Positions 37,587 through 51,860 are shown, numbered from the stretch's first letter. The stretch: 64,000 nucleotides of DNA from Patescibacteria group bacterium (GCA_038064015.1 JBBTUB010000023.1:369-64368), one strand, 5' to 3'. A program made the numbers and translations. The notes: generated by a model from the letters alone, not told the origin.

Positions 37587-39211
37587 CTATCTCGTACGAT
37601 ACCACCCCATTCAACAACGGTAAAGCCTCGTCGCTCGGTCTTCGGAATCGTAAGCGGTTCGACCGACATCGGCTTCATAAGTGGCTGGTAATCCATCAAA
37701 ACGCGTATCACGGTATCAGGCTTCGGCTCTATGGACATGGGCGCCGTGCGATCAATTTCCGATGTAGAAATAAAGGTAATAAAGTAGTACGGGGTTCGCG
37801 ATAATTTTGGCACCCAGAATTCCAGAAAATCAGCACGCTCATTTTCATTCAGTCCAAATTGCGTAAGCTTATCCCCAAGTAGCGAAGCGACCTGATGCCT
37901 GGCGACTACAAATCCTTGTTTCGGCGTCACGACACTTCCGTCTTCGGCACTTTCCCAGAAAAGATAAGGATACTGCATACCGTCTTGTCTGTTCGTAATA
38001 CGGCCGCTTGGGTCAGCTTCCACAATCCAGCCGTTCCCATATTCCGGATCAGTTTTTATAAAACTACGCGAAGGAAATACTTTGACACTCACGATTTCTT
38101 TTTGTTCGGGATAGAGATAGATAACCGGCTTTGCGCGCTCCGCGGGGGGAGCAAAATATTTATTCTTCAGGATTACCCAGCGATCAAGCGGGTCGTGGTA
38201 GATAATCAATCCGTGCCGTGCGCCATACTGTTCGGGAGATATCGCGGCACCGGTCACCGGATCGCGCATTTGAGCCAGGATCGAAAGGATCAAAGGATGA
38301 CGAAGATCTTTGAACTGGTACACCGTTTCGTTGGTACTCGTTGTCCCGGCGATTATTAATGCCTGGGTGTCAGGTGTCGCCAAGATTTCTACTGTTTCTT
38401 CGTAGAGCGTATCACTGAACCCATCTTTATTGGGCGTACCATCGGACCACGTGATAGCTGGGATTTGATCATCAGTTAAGAAAGCAGGATGGTAGTTATA
38501 TGGCCCGTATAGTCCGCTGGGAAGCATGAGCTCATAGGCGATCTTTGCGATACCGTCATATTCGGATCGAACAACCGCTAAGGTGCCGTATTCCGTATCC
38601 GCAATTTTTGATGGTCGATCTGGCTGATTACGTTCTTGTCCACGTGATAGCGAAAAACTTCCCATAAAATATGTGGACTTGGTAAGCTTCACCCCCCGAT
38701 ACTCCAGTGTCTCGGGGAATTCCAACGATGCATAGCGAGTCGTAGCATCGCTTGAGACGCCTACCAGCTGATAATACGATGCCTCAGCAGAATAGCGAGT
38801 TAATAATGCGTAGCCGTTATTCTTTTTCACAAAGAAGAACCAAGAAGAACCCATTTCGGCTATTTCCGCAAGAATAATGTCTTTACCGTGATCATTCCCA
38901 AGTAGATAATATGTTGCTTGTATGCCTGTATCTTTGAAGAGCTTCAGATCTTCATTGATTTTTCGGGTACCGGCATACCAGATGACTCCGTCCTTATCAG
39001 TCATCGGCCATGAATTTGGCAACGGAGAATTTGATGGCGACTCGCTCACCGACACTGAAGGTGTTGGGGTGCTGTCAATATTTTTGGTTAGATAGTATCC
39101 CCCGCCAGCCAGGATAACGAGCGCGATGATGCCAACCACGGGACCCAAGGGAAATTTCTTCGGAACAACTGGCACTGGTGACACCGACGGGGTCGATAAT
39201 AGTTCGTCCAT
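37574..39211 (-). CDS. Membrane-anchored hypothetical protein with a KPVIYLYP...YLFWE...VEWGG C-terminal domain
   Basis: N-terminal TM, Ser/Pro linker, recognisable C-terminal domain of unknown function. Confidence 0.8.
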   Translation of the reverse strand: MDELLSTPSVSPVPVVPKKFPLGPVVGIIALVILAGGGYYLTKNIDSTPTPSVSVSESPSNSPLPNSWPMTDKDGVIWYAGTRKINEDLKLFKDTGIQATYYLLGNDHGKDIILAEIAEMGSSWFFFVKKNNGYALLTRYSAEASYYQLVGVSSDATTRYASLEFPETLEYRGVKLTKSTYFMGSFSLSRGQERNQPDRPSKIADTEYGTLAVVRSEYDGIAKIAYELMLPSGLYGPYNYHPAFLTDDQIPAITWSDGTPNKDGFSDTLYEETVEILATPDTQALIIAGTTSTNETVYQFKDLRHPLILSILAQMRDPVTGAAISPEQYGARHGLIIYHDPLDRWVILKNKYFAPPAERAKPVIYLYPEQKEIVSVKVFPSRSFIKTDPEYGNGWIVEADPSGRITNRQDGMQYPYLFWESAEDGSVVTPKQGFVVARHQVASLLGDKLTQFGLNENERADFLEFWVPKLSRTPYYFITFISTSEIDRTAPMSIEPKPDTVIRVLMDYQPLMKPMSVEPLTIPKTERRGFTVVEWGGIVRDRWTR

Positions 39212-39222
39212 AAATAGAGATG

Positions 39223-42584
<3,362 letters not shown>

Positions 42585-42587
42585 GAT

Positions 42588-44051
42588 CTATCTCGGATAA
42601 TTAGGAGATTGTTCGGTAATTTCAATATCGTGGGGGTGCGATTCGACGACGCCGGAGTGGGTAATCTGGACAAACTTTGCTTTCTTTTGGAGGTCGGGGA
42701 TATTCTTGGCGCCGCAATAGCCCATACCGGCACGGAGGCCGCCCATGATCTGGTGAATCGTTTCGGACACACTGCCGCGAAACGGCACGCGCCCCTCGAT
42801 GCCTTCGGGCACGAGCTTGGCAAGATTCTCTTCCATATCCTGAAAATACCGATCGCGCGTCCCCTCGCGCATCGCCGCTTGCGATCCCATGCCACGATAC
42901 ATTTTGTATTTGCGGCCTTGGAAGAGCACCGTCTTGCCCGGCGCTTCTTCGTGTCCCGCGAGCATATTGCCGAGCATGACCGAGTCGGCACCGGCGGCAA
43001 GGGCTTTGGGTACATCACCGGTATACTTGATGCCGCCATCAGCGATGACGGGAATCCCTTGCTTGGAGCACACAGCGGCCACATCCATGACCGCGGTGAG
43101 CTGGGGTACGCCGACGCCGGCGATCACGCGCGTCGTACAAATCGAGCCGGGACCGACGCCCACTTTGACGGCATCCACACCGGCTTTGATGGAAGCCAGC
43201 GCGGCTTCAGCCGTGACGAGGTTGCCGCTGATCATCTGGAGATCCGGATATGAGGCACGGATCTCGCGGATACGGTCGAGGACTTTTTTGGCGTGGCCAT
43301 GCGCCGTGTCGACGGTGATAACATCCACGCCAGCTTTGACGAGGGCTTCGACGCGCTCAAGCGTATCTGTAGCGACGCCGACCGCCGCACCAACACGAAG
43401 TCGGCCGTGTTCATCCTTGCAGGCATGGGGATGGCTTTTCTTTTTCTCAATGTCTTTAAACGTGATCAGACCTTTTAATATTTTTTGTTTATCTACGATG
43501 AGAAGCTTCTCGATTTTATTTTTTTGCAAAATTACTTCAGCATCTTTGAGCGTCGTGCCGACGGGCGCCGTGATGAGCTTTTCCGTCATAATCTCGTGGA
43601 GCTTCGTACTGCCGGCAACTTCAAAGCGCAGGTCGCGATTTGTCACGATGCCGACGAGCTTGCCCGTCTTCTCAATAATCGGAATTCCGCTGATCCGATT
43701 TTTGCGCATGAGCTCGAGTGCCTGCTTGACGGTGTCGCGTGGGCCGAGCGTGACCGGATCCATGATCATGCCTGACTCGGAGCGCTTCACCTTATCTACC
43801 ATCTCGGCTTGTAGTTGGATGGAGAGATTTTTATGAAGGATGCCGATACCGCCTTCGCGGGCCAAGGCGATGGCCATTTCCGACTCCGTGATGGTGTCCA
43901 TGGCCGCGCCCACGATCGGGATATTGAGCTCGATGCCACGCGTCAGCCGCGTCCGGACATCCACATCCCGCGGCGACACATCCGACGCATCGGGGATCAA
44001 CAACACATCGTCGTACGTGAGTCCAAGCTGAGTGATTTTGGAGGTTGCCAT
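42588..44051 (-). CDS. guaB: IMP dehydrogenase with CBS domains
   Basis: [40 protein letters not shown]. Confidence 0.98.
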   Translation of the reverse strand: MATSKITQLGLTYDDVLLIPDASDVSPRDVDVRTRLTRGIELNIPIVGAAMDTITESEMAIALAREGGIGILHKNLSIQLQAEMVDKVKRSESGMIMDPVTLGPRDTVKQALELMRKNRISGIPIIEKTGKLVGIVTNRDLRFEVAGSTKLHEIMTEKLITAPVGTTLKDAEVILQKNKIEKLLIVDKQKILKGLITFKDIEKKKSHPHACKDEHGRLRVGAAVGVATDTLERVEALVKAGVDVITVDTAHGHAKKVLDRIREIRASYPDLQMISGNLVTAEAALASIKAGVDAVKVGVGPGSICTTRVIAGVGVPQLTAVMDVAAVCSKQGIPVIADGGIKYTGDVPKALAAGADSVMLGNMLAGHEEAPGKTVLFQGRKYKMYRGMGSQAAMREGTRDRYFQDMEENLAKLVPEGIEGRVPFRGSVSETIHQIMGGLRAGMGYCGAKNIPDLQKKAKFVQITHSGVVESHPHDIEITEQSPNYPR

Positions 44052-44099
44052 TGAGTTTTTACTATATCAATGGTAGCTTGTTTTCGCAAGGAGGTCGGC

Positions 44100-44225
44100 A
44101 TGAATTGCACAGAAGCTCTCCTCGCGCTCGAGTTTCCGATCGCATACGGTCTCGAGGCGGAAAAAAGAGCAGTTGAACACTGGCGCTCGTGCAAGGAGTG
44201 CCAGAAATCGGTAACGCCGAAATGA
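44100..44225 (+). CDS. 41 aa zf-HC2/ZAS-like zinc-finger peptide (MNCTEALLALEFPIAYGLEAEKRAVEHWRSCKECQKSVTPK)
   Basis: AAGGAGGT SD; Cys3 plus HxxxCxxC; terminator-like hairpin at 44262-44295; below the ORF-track cutoff. Confidence 0.7.
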   Translation: MNCTEALLALEFPIAYGLEAEKRAVEHWRSCKECQKSVTPK

Positions 44226-44317
44226 AAGGAGACAGGTCATGCCACGTGCCCCCTAGTACCCGACCGCCGGCCCCCGCCGACGGTCAACTCTTTTTATAGG
44301 ATCCCTAGCGAGCAACA

Positions 44318-44415
44318 GTGAGCTTTCAAGCAAAACCTTATCACAGCGCGACTGGCGCGAGATAGGAGGGAGCGATTTCAGCAGAAATCGACGACTGGTT
44401 TTGCGGAAGGCTCAC
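44318..44415. other. Multi-branched structured element (candidate ncRNA or REP/MITE-like)
   Basis: GTGAGCTTTC/GAAGGCTCAC and GCAAAACC/GGTTTTGC closing stems enclose CGCG-ACTGG-CGCG and CGATTTC-AGCA-GAAATCG hairpins. Confidence 0.55.
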
Positions 44416-44427
44416 GGTCGCGAGCGT

Positions 44428-45531
44428 CTAGTATTCCCCCGGAGGAGGCAAGGTTATGCCCCCGGGAGTAAAAATTGTCTGCCGCTTGCCGGACTCTACG
44501 ACGCCAAGATCATGAAGCGTGTAGCCGGTAGCTTTTCCGATATCCATCACGCGATTCACTTCTTTTGCCGGCACAAAAATATAATACCCGATCCCCCAGT
44601 TAAATGTCTTCAGGCAATCGGCCAGCGAGACGCCAAGTTCTTCGTGAAAATATCTGAAAAATTCCGGCACGTCTGGCCACGTGTTAATACGATACGTAAA
44701 CGGCCGCTTATCAAAGGCGATCTTGCCCACCCCATCCCCTGTCCCCGGTAACAGCGTATGGATATCGACGTCTTCTTCGAGGAGCTTCTCGATGAGCTTC
44801 ACGTATGATCGCGTGGGCGTGAGCGCAAGCTCTCCGAATGTAGAGTTATTTATTTTTGTTAAAAATTGATCTTTAAGCTCAAGACCTTTTTTGATGACGA
44901 GCGACACGCCATTTGCGTGGAGCCCCGATGACGTAACGCCGATAATATGATCGCCGGCCTTTAATTTTTTGCCGGTGATAAGTCGCGATCGCGGGGCAAT
45001 GATGCCCGTCACTGATCCGGAAAGGCTTGGCGCTTCGGGTTTAATAATATATTTCAATGTCGCGCTCTCACCAGCCGGCAGCGCCATACCAACTTCTTTG
45101 CAAATCTTCACAAAGCCATCCGCGAAGTCTTGCGCGCGTTTCTTGTCGCCGTACCAGCTCGCATCCCCCGACTCCACCTGATCAGTAAAAATCACCGGCA
45201 TCGCCCCTTGCGCGATCACGTCATTGACGACGATCAATGCCACATCAATGGCAATATTTTCATAAAAACTTCGGCCTGTCTTCATATACATCCACTCAGC
45301 AATCCAGTTCTTCGTCCCCAGATCCTCTTGTGTCTTGCAGTATATTGGATGCTTTTCTGGGCCTTTATATTCATACACCGCCCCATGCGCATGGATTGCC
45401 TCTTTCACCACATACACCCCCCGTTTATTCGGAAACGCGAGCGTCTTTTTCCCCGCCTCAATCATCGCCATCTTAAACGGCTCCATGAGGCTGTAATCTA
45501 CGCCGGATTTTGCGTATTCAGAGGTTTTCAT
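44428..45531 (-). CDS. purM: Phosphoribosylformylglycinamidine cyclo-ligase (AIR synthetase), divergent
   Basis: YAKSGVD, LGTK, ND..AQGA.P, GESA, SSGLHANG, TFNWGIG. Confidence 0.9.
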   Translation of the reverse strand: MKTSEYAKSGVDYSLMEPFKMAMIEAGKKTLAFPNKRGVYVVKEAIHAHGAVYEYKGPEKHPIYCKTQEDLGTKNWIAEWMYMKTGRSFYENIAIDVALIVVNDVIAQGAMPVIFTDQVESGDASWYGDKKRAQDFADGFVKICKEVGMALPAGESATLKYIIKPEAPSLSGSVTGIIAPRSRLITGKKLKAGDHIIGVTSSGLHANGVSLVIKKGLELKDQFLTKINNSTFGELALTPTRSYVKLIEKLLEEDVDIHTLLPGTGDGVGKIAFDKRPFTYRINTWPDVPEFFRYFHEELGVSLADCLKTFNWGIGYYIFVPAKEVNRVMDIGKATGYTLHDLGVVESGKRQTIFTPGGITLPPPGEY

Positions 45532-45893
45532 CGGAATAAATCGTCGTCTGAAGCTCCATATGATCGCATCGTGACATATGCATCATACAAAAGCGATTCA
45601 AACGGCTCGAGATACTGAGCGGGGCTTCCAGTTTTTGGTATCACTTGAAGGCTACTGTATAAGAAATTTGCTAATTTGGAATTTTCGGTGGCAAATCTTT
45701 GGTAGTATGGTTGGTCTCGATAGATGGCAGGGTAGCTGTCCGGCGGCGCGGCAAAAAGAAGATAGAAGTTATGATATCGAGGCACACCACGGGCATCCCT
45801 TCTTTTAAATTCCGCAAGGCTAAGTACATCCCGATTCGCTTCATCGAGCGTTGGCGGCATGGACGGCTTTGTTGGATCTCCTGGTTCAGACAT
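45528..45893 (-). CDS. Hypothetical protein
   Basis: 121 aa ORF whose stop overlaps the purM start (ATGA). Confidence 0.6.
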   Translation of the reverse strand: MSEPGDPTKPSMPPTLDEANRDVLSLAEFKRRDARGVPRYHNFYLLFAAPPDSYPAIYRDQPYYQRFATENSKLANFLYSSLQVIPKTGSPAQYLEPFESLLYDAYVTMRSYGASDDDLFR

Positions 45894-45942
45894 AGAATAA
45901 TATTTTACACGATATTCTCATATTCTTAAGAATACCAGAATG

Positions 45943-46710
45943 TCAGTTTAAACTCTTAATCCATGCATCAAAAATCATTTTCATTTCTTGTATATGCGCA
46001 GGATCGCGAAGAGTATGTGGAGCACCCTTAATGACATGCAATTCTTTTTTGCCCGGTAATAAATCATAGAGCATCGTTTGATGCTCTATGGGCGAAGTTT
46101 CTCGATCCTGATCTCCCACGATCATGAGTACGGGCATGGTAAGTTTATGAGCATCAGGCAAGAGATCATGAGTAATCCGATCTTCCATATGTGACCATGG
46201 TAGACGCTTAATAAACCCGGGCTTAGTATTGCTTACTTCGACCCGCCAACCCGAAGCCTTCCATTCCTCGCTTCTTTTTGGATCCGCTTTAATGCTCAAC
46301 GTGCCGGAAATCGTTGTGGCTTTTGGCGCAAGTCCCTTTATTTTTTCGGGAAATTTTTCAGCATATCGAGCCGTAGCATATCCCCCTAAACTGCTTCCCG
46401 CCAAACAAAACGGCTCCTGATACCACGATTGAGATGTGGACCACGCAATCACGTCCTCCAAGTCTTCGAGAAAATTAGTTGCGGTGGAATTTTCAAACGC
46501 TCCATCACTTTCTCCAAGAGAATTGGTACAATCAAATCGGACCACCGTATATCCATTTTCAAAAAAAGCTTCTGCGATCGCTTTGATCTGCGGCTGATCT
46601 TTGTTCGATCCTAATCCATGCATCGCAAACGCGAGACCCTTTTGATGCTCCGCTTCTTCGACGAGCACCATGATCTTCTGCCCTTTGCGATTTTTAATGG
46701 CGAGTTTCAA
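45943..46710 (-). CDS. Alpha/beta hydrolase
   Basis: HGLGS, GSSLGG nucleophile elbow, GDQD, GAPH. Confidence 0.9.
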   Translation of the reverse strand: MKLAIKNRKGQKIMVLVEEAEHQKGLAFAMHGLGSNKDQPQIKAIAEAFFENGYTVVRFDCTNSLGESDGAFENSTATNFLEDLEDVIAWSTSQSWYQEPFCLAGSSLGGYATARYAEKFPEKIKGLAPKATTISGTLSIKADPKRSEEWKASGWRVEVSNTKPGFIKRLPWSHMEDRITHDLLPDAHKLTMPVLMIVGDQDRETSPIEHQTMLYDLLPGKKELHVIKGAPHTLRDPAHIQEMKMIFDAWIKSLN

Positions 46711-47642
46711 ACTTGATATTTCTTTAAATTCTTCTCAATCCGCTTTGCGATCGGAGTGGCGCCGGGCTTGAATTTTTTGCCGGTGAGTTGCTCGTAGATT
46801 TGGATGTAGCGGCGGGAGAGCTCGACGATCATCGCGGGCGGAGCGGCGGGGAGAATTTTGTCTTTATAGGGATCGCAATGATCTTTAAACCACAACCGCA
46901 AAAATTCTTTGTCAAAAAACTCCGGATCCAGGCCGGCTTTGAAGCGCTTGGCATACGTCTTGGCCATCCACCAGCGGCTGGAGTCCGGCGTGTGGATCTC
47001 GTCGATCAAAGTTAATTTGCCCTTATCATCTAAACCAAATTCATACTTCGTGTCCACGAGAATTAAACCATGCTTGAGGGCGATTTTTTGTCCGCGCAGG
47101 AAAAGCTTCATGGCGACGGATTGGATTTTTTTCCAAAGCTTCGCGTCCACGATGCCTTGAGCGACGATTTCTTTGGAGGTGATCGGCCGGTCGTGCTCAT
47201 CCGACTTGGTCGTCGGGGTCAGCACGGGTTTTTTGAGCTTTTGATTCTTCTTCATGCCGTCGGGAAGCTTAAAATCCCCAAAATCGCGCTCACCAGCAGC
47301 GTAGATCGTCCACAGTGACGTATTGGTCGTGCCGGTGATGTAGCCGCGCATGACGACCTCGATGGGAATGACGGTGCATTTACGACCAACGACGACGTTG
47401 GGGTCGGGATTGCTGATGACGTGGTTGGGGACGATATCTTTAGTACGATCGAACCAAAAGAGGCTGGACTGTGTCAGCACCTGGCCTTTATGCGGAATGT
47501 GCGCGATGATGCGGTCAAACGACGAGTGACGATCGGTGGAGACGAGGATGATTTTATCCTCCTGGACGTAGATATCCCGTACCTTGCCGATTTTCTTCGT
47601 GCCGAGATGTTTGAGGTTAGTTGCTGGTAAGATATTTTTCAT
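46707..47642 (-). CDS. purC: SAICAR synthetase
   Basis: [38 protein letters not shown]; start taken at MKNILP. Confidence 0.96.
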   Translation of the reverse strand: MKNILPATNLKHLGTKKIGKVRDIYVQEDKIILVSTDRHSSFDRIIAHIPHKGQVLTQSSLFWFDRTKDIVPNHVISNPDPNVVVGRKCTVIPIEVVMRGYITGTTNTSLWTIYAAGERDFGDFKLPDGMKKNQKLKKPVLTPTTKSDEHDRPITSKEIVAQGIVDAKLWKKIQSVAMKLFLRGQKIALKHGLILVDTKYEFGLDDKGKLTLIDEIHTPDSSRWWMAKTYAKRFKAGLDPEFFDKEFLRLWFKDHCDPYKDKILPAAPPAMIVELSRRYIQIYEQLTGKKFKPGATPIAKRIEKNLKKYQV

Positions 47643-48120
47643 AGCCGAGTTTTTGTAATTTATCTGCTTTTTTTGCGACGCCGTCAGCGAGAGATTTTTT
47701 AAAGTCAGAAAACTTCTTGGCGAGCCCTGTGTCGGATGTTGCCAGGATCTGAATCGCAAGAAGTCCGGCATTGCGGGCGGAATTGATACCGACCGTAGCA
47801 ACTGGGATACCCGGGGGCATTTGGACAGTCGAGAATAGCGCGTCCTGGCCGTTGATCGGGACACCGATGACCGGCAAAGTTGTAAGCGCCGCCGTAACAC
47901 CCGCTAAGTGCGCTGATCCGCCAGCTCCGGCAATGATAACTTTCAATCCACGGCTGATTGCAGTCGTCGCGTATTCATGCGCACGCTCCGGGCTGCGATG
48001 GGCCGAGCAAACCGTGATTTCAAACTCCACACCAAATTCTTCGCAGACTTTGGCCGCTTCCTGCATGACTGGCAAATCCGAATCCGATCCCATAATGATA
48101 CCGACGAGTGGTTTAGTCAT
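47617..48120 (-). CDS. purE: N5-CAIR mutase / AIR carboxylase
   Basis: [34 protein letters not shown]. Confidence 0.97.
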   Translation of the reverse strand: MTKPLVGIIMGSDSDLPVMQEAAKVCEEFGVEFEITVCSAHRSPERAHEYATTAISRGLKVIIAGAGGSAHLAGVTAALTTLPVIGVPINGQDALFSTVQMPPGIPVATVGINSARNAGLLAIQILATSDTGLAKKFSDFKKSLADGVAKKADKLQKLGYEKYLTSN

Positions 48121-48132
48121 GGTGATAATGTA

Positions 48133-49254
48133 TCATGACAATGCCTTCGCGCCAATATCCTTACGAAACTGCTTTCCCTGAAAATCAATCTTCGCCACGC
48201 CAGCATAGGCGCGATCGATGGCTTCTTGGAGCGTGTCGCCGGTCGCACTTACACCTAGCACTCTTCCCCCTGAAGTTTTGCCATCAACCATTCCTGCCGA
48301 AAATACAACAACCCCCGGCAGGCTTTCCGCTTCTTCGATGCCCGTAATCGGAAAGCCTTTTTCATATGAGCCCGGATAGCCAGCCGAGGCCATGATGACG
48401 GTCGCCGCAAAGCCGGGATGCCATTCAATATTTATTTTATCCAGTGTGCCGTCAATGCAATGCTCGATAATTTCAACCAGATCAGTCTTGAGCAATCGCA
48501 TGTAGCTCTGCGTCTCCGGATCACCAAAGCGCGCGTTAAACTCCAAAACTTTTGGACCGTCCTTCGTAATCATGAGTCCTGGATACAATATGCCTTTGTA
48601 ATGTAATTTTTTTACGATTTTACTGACGATGTCTCCTGCCACGTCCCCCAGTACCACGTTGGGTACTGGGGCTATGACGCCCATTCCACCCGTATTTGGT
48701 CCTTTATCGCCATCAAAAATTGTCTTGTGATCCTGCGCCGTCGGAAACATTTTGAATGTTTTCCCATCGCAAAACGCGTGCGTCGAAATTTCAATGCCCT
48801 CGAGATACTCTTCGATCACGACTTCGTCGTCAGTGATTGCCGCGAGAGCCTGCTCTGCTTCTTCCATCGTCCAGGCCACCGTCACGCCTTTGCCAAGCGC
48901 CAGGCCGCTTTTTTTGATGACGATCGGCACGTGCGGAATATGATCGTACTGCTTGGCTGTCGGGATGCCGAGCTCACGCATGAGTTCTTTCGCAAAAGCT
49001 TTTGACGCTTCGATCTGTGCCATGGCTTTGGTGGGGCCAAAGATCTCCAATCCTGCTTCCTGGAATGCATCTACGATGCCATCCGCAAGATATTGGTCAG
49101 GACCGACGATGGTCAGATCAAAATTGCGCCCGTACTCGACGAGCTCGGGAATCGTGCCGACTTTCATTTCGGCGGTGTGGCCGTCAGATCGCACTTTCCA
49201 CGCTATCGCGTGTTCTCTGCCGCCGTTGCCAATGATGAGAATACGTTTTGCCAT
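48133..49254 (-). CDS. purD: Phosphoribosylamine--glycine ligase (compact)
   Basis: GNGGREHA, GLALGKGV, QDHK, GPNTGGMG, EFNARFGDPETQ. Confidence 0.97.
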   Translation of the reverse strand: MAKRILIIGNGGREHAIAWKVRSDGHTAEMKVGTIPELVEYGRNFDLTIVGPDQYLADGIVDAFQEAGLEIFGPTKAMAQIEASKAFAKELMRELGIPTAKQYDHIPHVPIVIKKSGLALGKGVTVAWTMEEAEQALAAITDDEVVIEEYLEGIEISTHAFCDGKTFKMFPTAQDHKTIFDGDKGPNTGGMGVIAPVPNVVLGDVAGDIVSKIVKKLHYKGILYPGLMITKDGPKVLEFNARFGDPETQSYMRLLKTDLVEIIEHCIDGTLDKINIEWHPGFAATVIMASAGYPGSYEKGFPITGIEEAESLPGVVVFSAGMVDGKTSGGRVLGVSATGDTLQEAIDRAYAGVAKIDFQGKQFRKDIGAKALS

Positions 49255-49718
49255 AGCTTATTTTCTTTTATTTTTAATCGTGTGTAAAGGCTGTCCACGG
49301 TGTCATCGGGCTGTATTTTTTCAAAACACCGAGCCAGTACCGGGCCAAAATCGAACTCGTGAGTCAAACGATGAATACTGGAGCCGGCATAGGTCGCTTT
49401 CTTGTCTAAAAAATTCTTAATCGCCTTTTCTTTGTATTTGCCTTTATTCCAAAGGCCATCCGTGCCGTCAGGGCATATCACGTGGCCGTCTTTCGTATCG
49501 GGAATAAGTCCCGGGTGTATATTGAGAATTTTATAATTCTCGATTACTTCATCCGGTATGATTTGCTTCCAACCCGTGAGACACACATAGTCCGGGGCAA
49601 GCGACTTCAGGTCATCGAGATTTTGCGTAAGGATACCGACAACATCAACACCCGTGGCACGAATAGCCGCTAAATTGGTGCCTGCGCCGTCTGGTGGCAT
49701 GAGAACAACGACTCTCAT
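49203..49718 (-). CDS. purN: GAR transformylase
   Basis: GAGTNL, LTGW, LNIHPG, FDFGP; located between purF and purD. Confidence 0.85.
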   Translation of the reverse strand: MRVVVLMPPDGAGTNLAAIRATGVDVVGILTQNLDDLKSLAPDYVCLTGWKQIIPDEVIENYKILNIHPGLIPDTKDGHVICPDGTDGLWNKGKYKEKAIKNFLDKKATYAGSSIHRLTHEFDFGPVLARCFEKIQPDDTVDSLYTRLKIKENKLWQNVFSSLATAAENTR

Positions 49719-51160
49719 GACAACGGCAGGGTCGGGGTGAGTTTTTCGGGAGGCGAGCTGGGAGCACTTACTTCACGGGTACGTTCACGCAGATCGATCG
49801 GATACTCACCAGTAAAGCAATGCGTGCTGAATTTAAGTGGATCAATTCCGGTCGCGGTGAGCATGCCCTGGAGCGAAAGATAGTGCAGCGAAGCAGCGCC
49901 GATATATTGCCGGATTTCTTCGTTGTTCTTCGTAGCGGCGATCAAGTTGCGCTGATTGGGCGTATCAATGCCATAAAAATCGGGAAACTTGATCGGTGGC
50001 GAGCTGACCAGAAAATGGACTTCTTTGGCTCCTGCATCCAAAATACTACGAACGATTTGTCCCGACGTGGTACCGCGCACAATCGAGTCATCTACGAGTA
50101 CTACTCGTTTGCCTCGGAGAACGTTGGGAAGTGGCGTGAGCTTGAGCTTGACCCCAAGATCGCGCGAGTGCGGATCCGGCTCGATGAACGTGCGGTGAAT
50201 ATAGCGATTTTTGACTAGTGCCATTTCAAGCGGCATGCCGGTCGCCTGCGAATAGCCAAGCGCCACGGGAATCGCCGTCTCCGGCACGGGGACGACAAGA
50301 TCAGCCGTAATTGCTGTCTCACGGGCAAGCTGGGTACCAAAATTGTGCCGGACGTCGTAGACCGACTTGCCCAGCAGTTCGCTATCAGGACGCGCGAAGT
50401 AGACGAACTCAAAAACATCAAACTTGGGGGTCCCCGGCTGGATCTGGACCGACTCGATCGAGCCCTCCGTCACGATCACCATCTCGCCCGGCTCGATCTC
50501 GCGGACAAAGTCGGCGCCAATGGTCGCGAATGCGCAGGTTTCGGATGCAAAGACGATGCCGCCATTGAGCTTCGCCATCGCCAGCGGCCGCATGCCATAG
50601 CTGTCGCGGATCGCCGCCACGCTGTCCTTGGTCATCACCACAAGTGAAAACGCTCCGGTGAAGAGCGGATAGGCGGTCGTGATCGCTTCTTTGAGGGTGC
50701 AGCCGTTTTTAAAAAAATAACTGATGGCGTGTGCCATCAGTTCGGAGTCATTCAAGTCAGCAACGGGAATATTTTTTGACTTGAGAAAATTTTCCAGAGC
50801 AATCGTGCTGGGAAGATTGCCATTATGAGCCAGCGCGAGCTCGGGTCCCGAGTCTGTCGAGCGGTGGCCAATGACCACCGGCTGCGCGTGGGCAATGCCG
50901 GTCGCCTTGGACGTCGAGTAGCGATTATGCCCGATCGCCAGGTGCCCGCTCAATCGATGGATATCACTTTCGGAATACACATGCGTTACCAGGCCGGTGT
51001 TCTTGTAGCATTGAATGGCGGTGCCATCGCTTGTCGCGATGCCGGAGCTTTCTTGACCGCGATGCTGCAAGGCAAAAAGCCCATAAAAGGTAAGTCGACT
51101 GACATCCATGCCCTTGCCATAAATGCCAAACACGCCGCATTTTTCATTCAGCTCGCTCAT
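49715..51160 (-). CDS. purF: Amidophosphoribosyltransferase
   Basis: EKCGVFG, LQHRGQESSG, GHNRYST, VDDSIVRGTT, YGID. Confidence 0.98.
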   Translation of the reverse strand: MSELNEKCGVFGIYGKGMDVSRLTFYGLFALQHRGQESSGIATSDGTAIQCYKNTGLVTHVYSESDIHRLSGHLAIGHNRYSTSKATGIAHAQPVVIGHRSTDSGPELALAHNGNLPSTIALENFLKSKNIPVADLNDSELMAHAISYFFKNGCTLKEAITTAYPLFTGAFSLVVMTKDSVAAIRDSYGMRPLAMAKLNGGIVFASETCAFATIGADFVREIEPGEMVIVTEGSIESVQIQPGTPKFDVFEFVYFARPDSELLGKSVYDVRHNFGTQLARETAITADLVVPVPETAIPVALGYSQATGMPLEMALVKNRYIHRTFIEPDPHSRDLGVKLKLTPLPNVLRGKRVVLVDDSIVRGTTSGQIVRSILDAGAKEVHFLVSSPPIKFPDFYGIDTPNQRNLIAATKNNEEIRQYIGAASLHYLSLQGMLTATGIDPLKFSTHCFTGEYPIDLRERTREVSAPSSPPEKLTPTLPLS

Positions 51161-51813
51161 GTGAAATACTTAATTGCGTTTTTAAAAATTTGGATGCCGT
51201 GTCCTCCGCGTTGCCAGGGGAACTGCGCCCGCTCCGGGTGCGGCATCATGCCCAGCACTCTCCCATCATATCCCAAAACCCCCGCGATGTCATCTGTCGA
51301 GCCATTGGGGTTTTGGACATAGCGAAACGCCACCTCAATCTTGCCGTTTTTGATATATTTGCCTTCTCCATGCGCAATCGGCACTTCCAGTTTGTTGATT
51401 CCTTCGAGCCATGGGCTCTCGCCGATTTTTTCAATTTCTACCCACGTCGAGATATAGCGCTTGCTGTCATTGTGTGTGAGCGCCCCAGGAAGAAGTCCCA
51501 TGTTGGTCATGATTTGAAAGCCGTTACAGATACCGATGGCCAGCGTGTCGCGCGCAATAAATTTTTGGATCTCATCGCCAAGCTTCGCTTTGAGCTTATT
51601 CGCAAAGGCTTTGCCTGATCCTGTATCATCGCCAAATGAAAAGCCTCCCGGAATGACGAAAATCTGATAATTTTTTAAGCTTTGTAAATCATTCACATGC
51701 ACAATCTCCGCCTTCGCCCCGGCCGTCTCAAACGCAAACGCCGTCTCGTCTTCGCAGTTGAGGCCATAGCCAGAAAGGACTAGGACCTTAGGTTTTAGCT
51801 TCGTTAGCTTCAT
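51157..51813 (-). CDS. purQ: FGAM synthase glutaminase subunit
   Basis: GLNCEDET, PGGFSFGD, GICNGFQ, AHGEG, MMPHPER. Confidence 0.97.
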   Translation of the reverse strand: MKLTKLKPKVLVLSGYGLNCEDETAFAFETAGAKAEIVHVNDLQSLKNYQIFVIPGGFSFGDDTGSGKAFANKLKAKLGDEIQKFIARDTLAIGICNGFQIMTNMGLLPGALTHNDSKRYISTWVEIEKIGESPWLEGINKLEVPIAHGEGKYIKNGKIEVAFRYVQNPNGSTDDIAGVLGYDGRVLGMMPHPERAQFPWQRGGHGIQIFKNAIKYFT

Positions 51814-51828
51814 TAGCTTAAATTAGGC

Positions 51829-51860
51829 TTGACATGATGATGATGATGATGATGTAAAAT
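51829..51860 (+). promoter_or_regulatory. TTGACA-N20-TAAAAT promoter-like element whose spacer is an (ATG)7 microsatellite
   Basis: TTGACATGATGATGATGATGATGATGTAAAAT; loss of one triplet would give a 17-bp spacer. Confidence 0.7.

Noticed and set aside
42889-43836. 315 aa plus-strand ORF
   Set aside because: Antisense shadow of guaB.
44052-44427. Known purine, ZTP or PRPP riboswitch upstream of guaB
   Set aside because: Consensus nucleotides not recognisable by eye; kept only as an unclassified structure.
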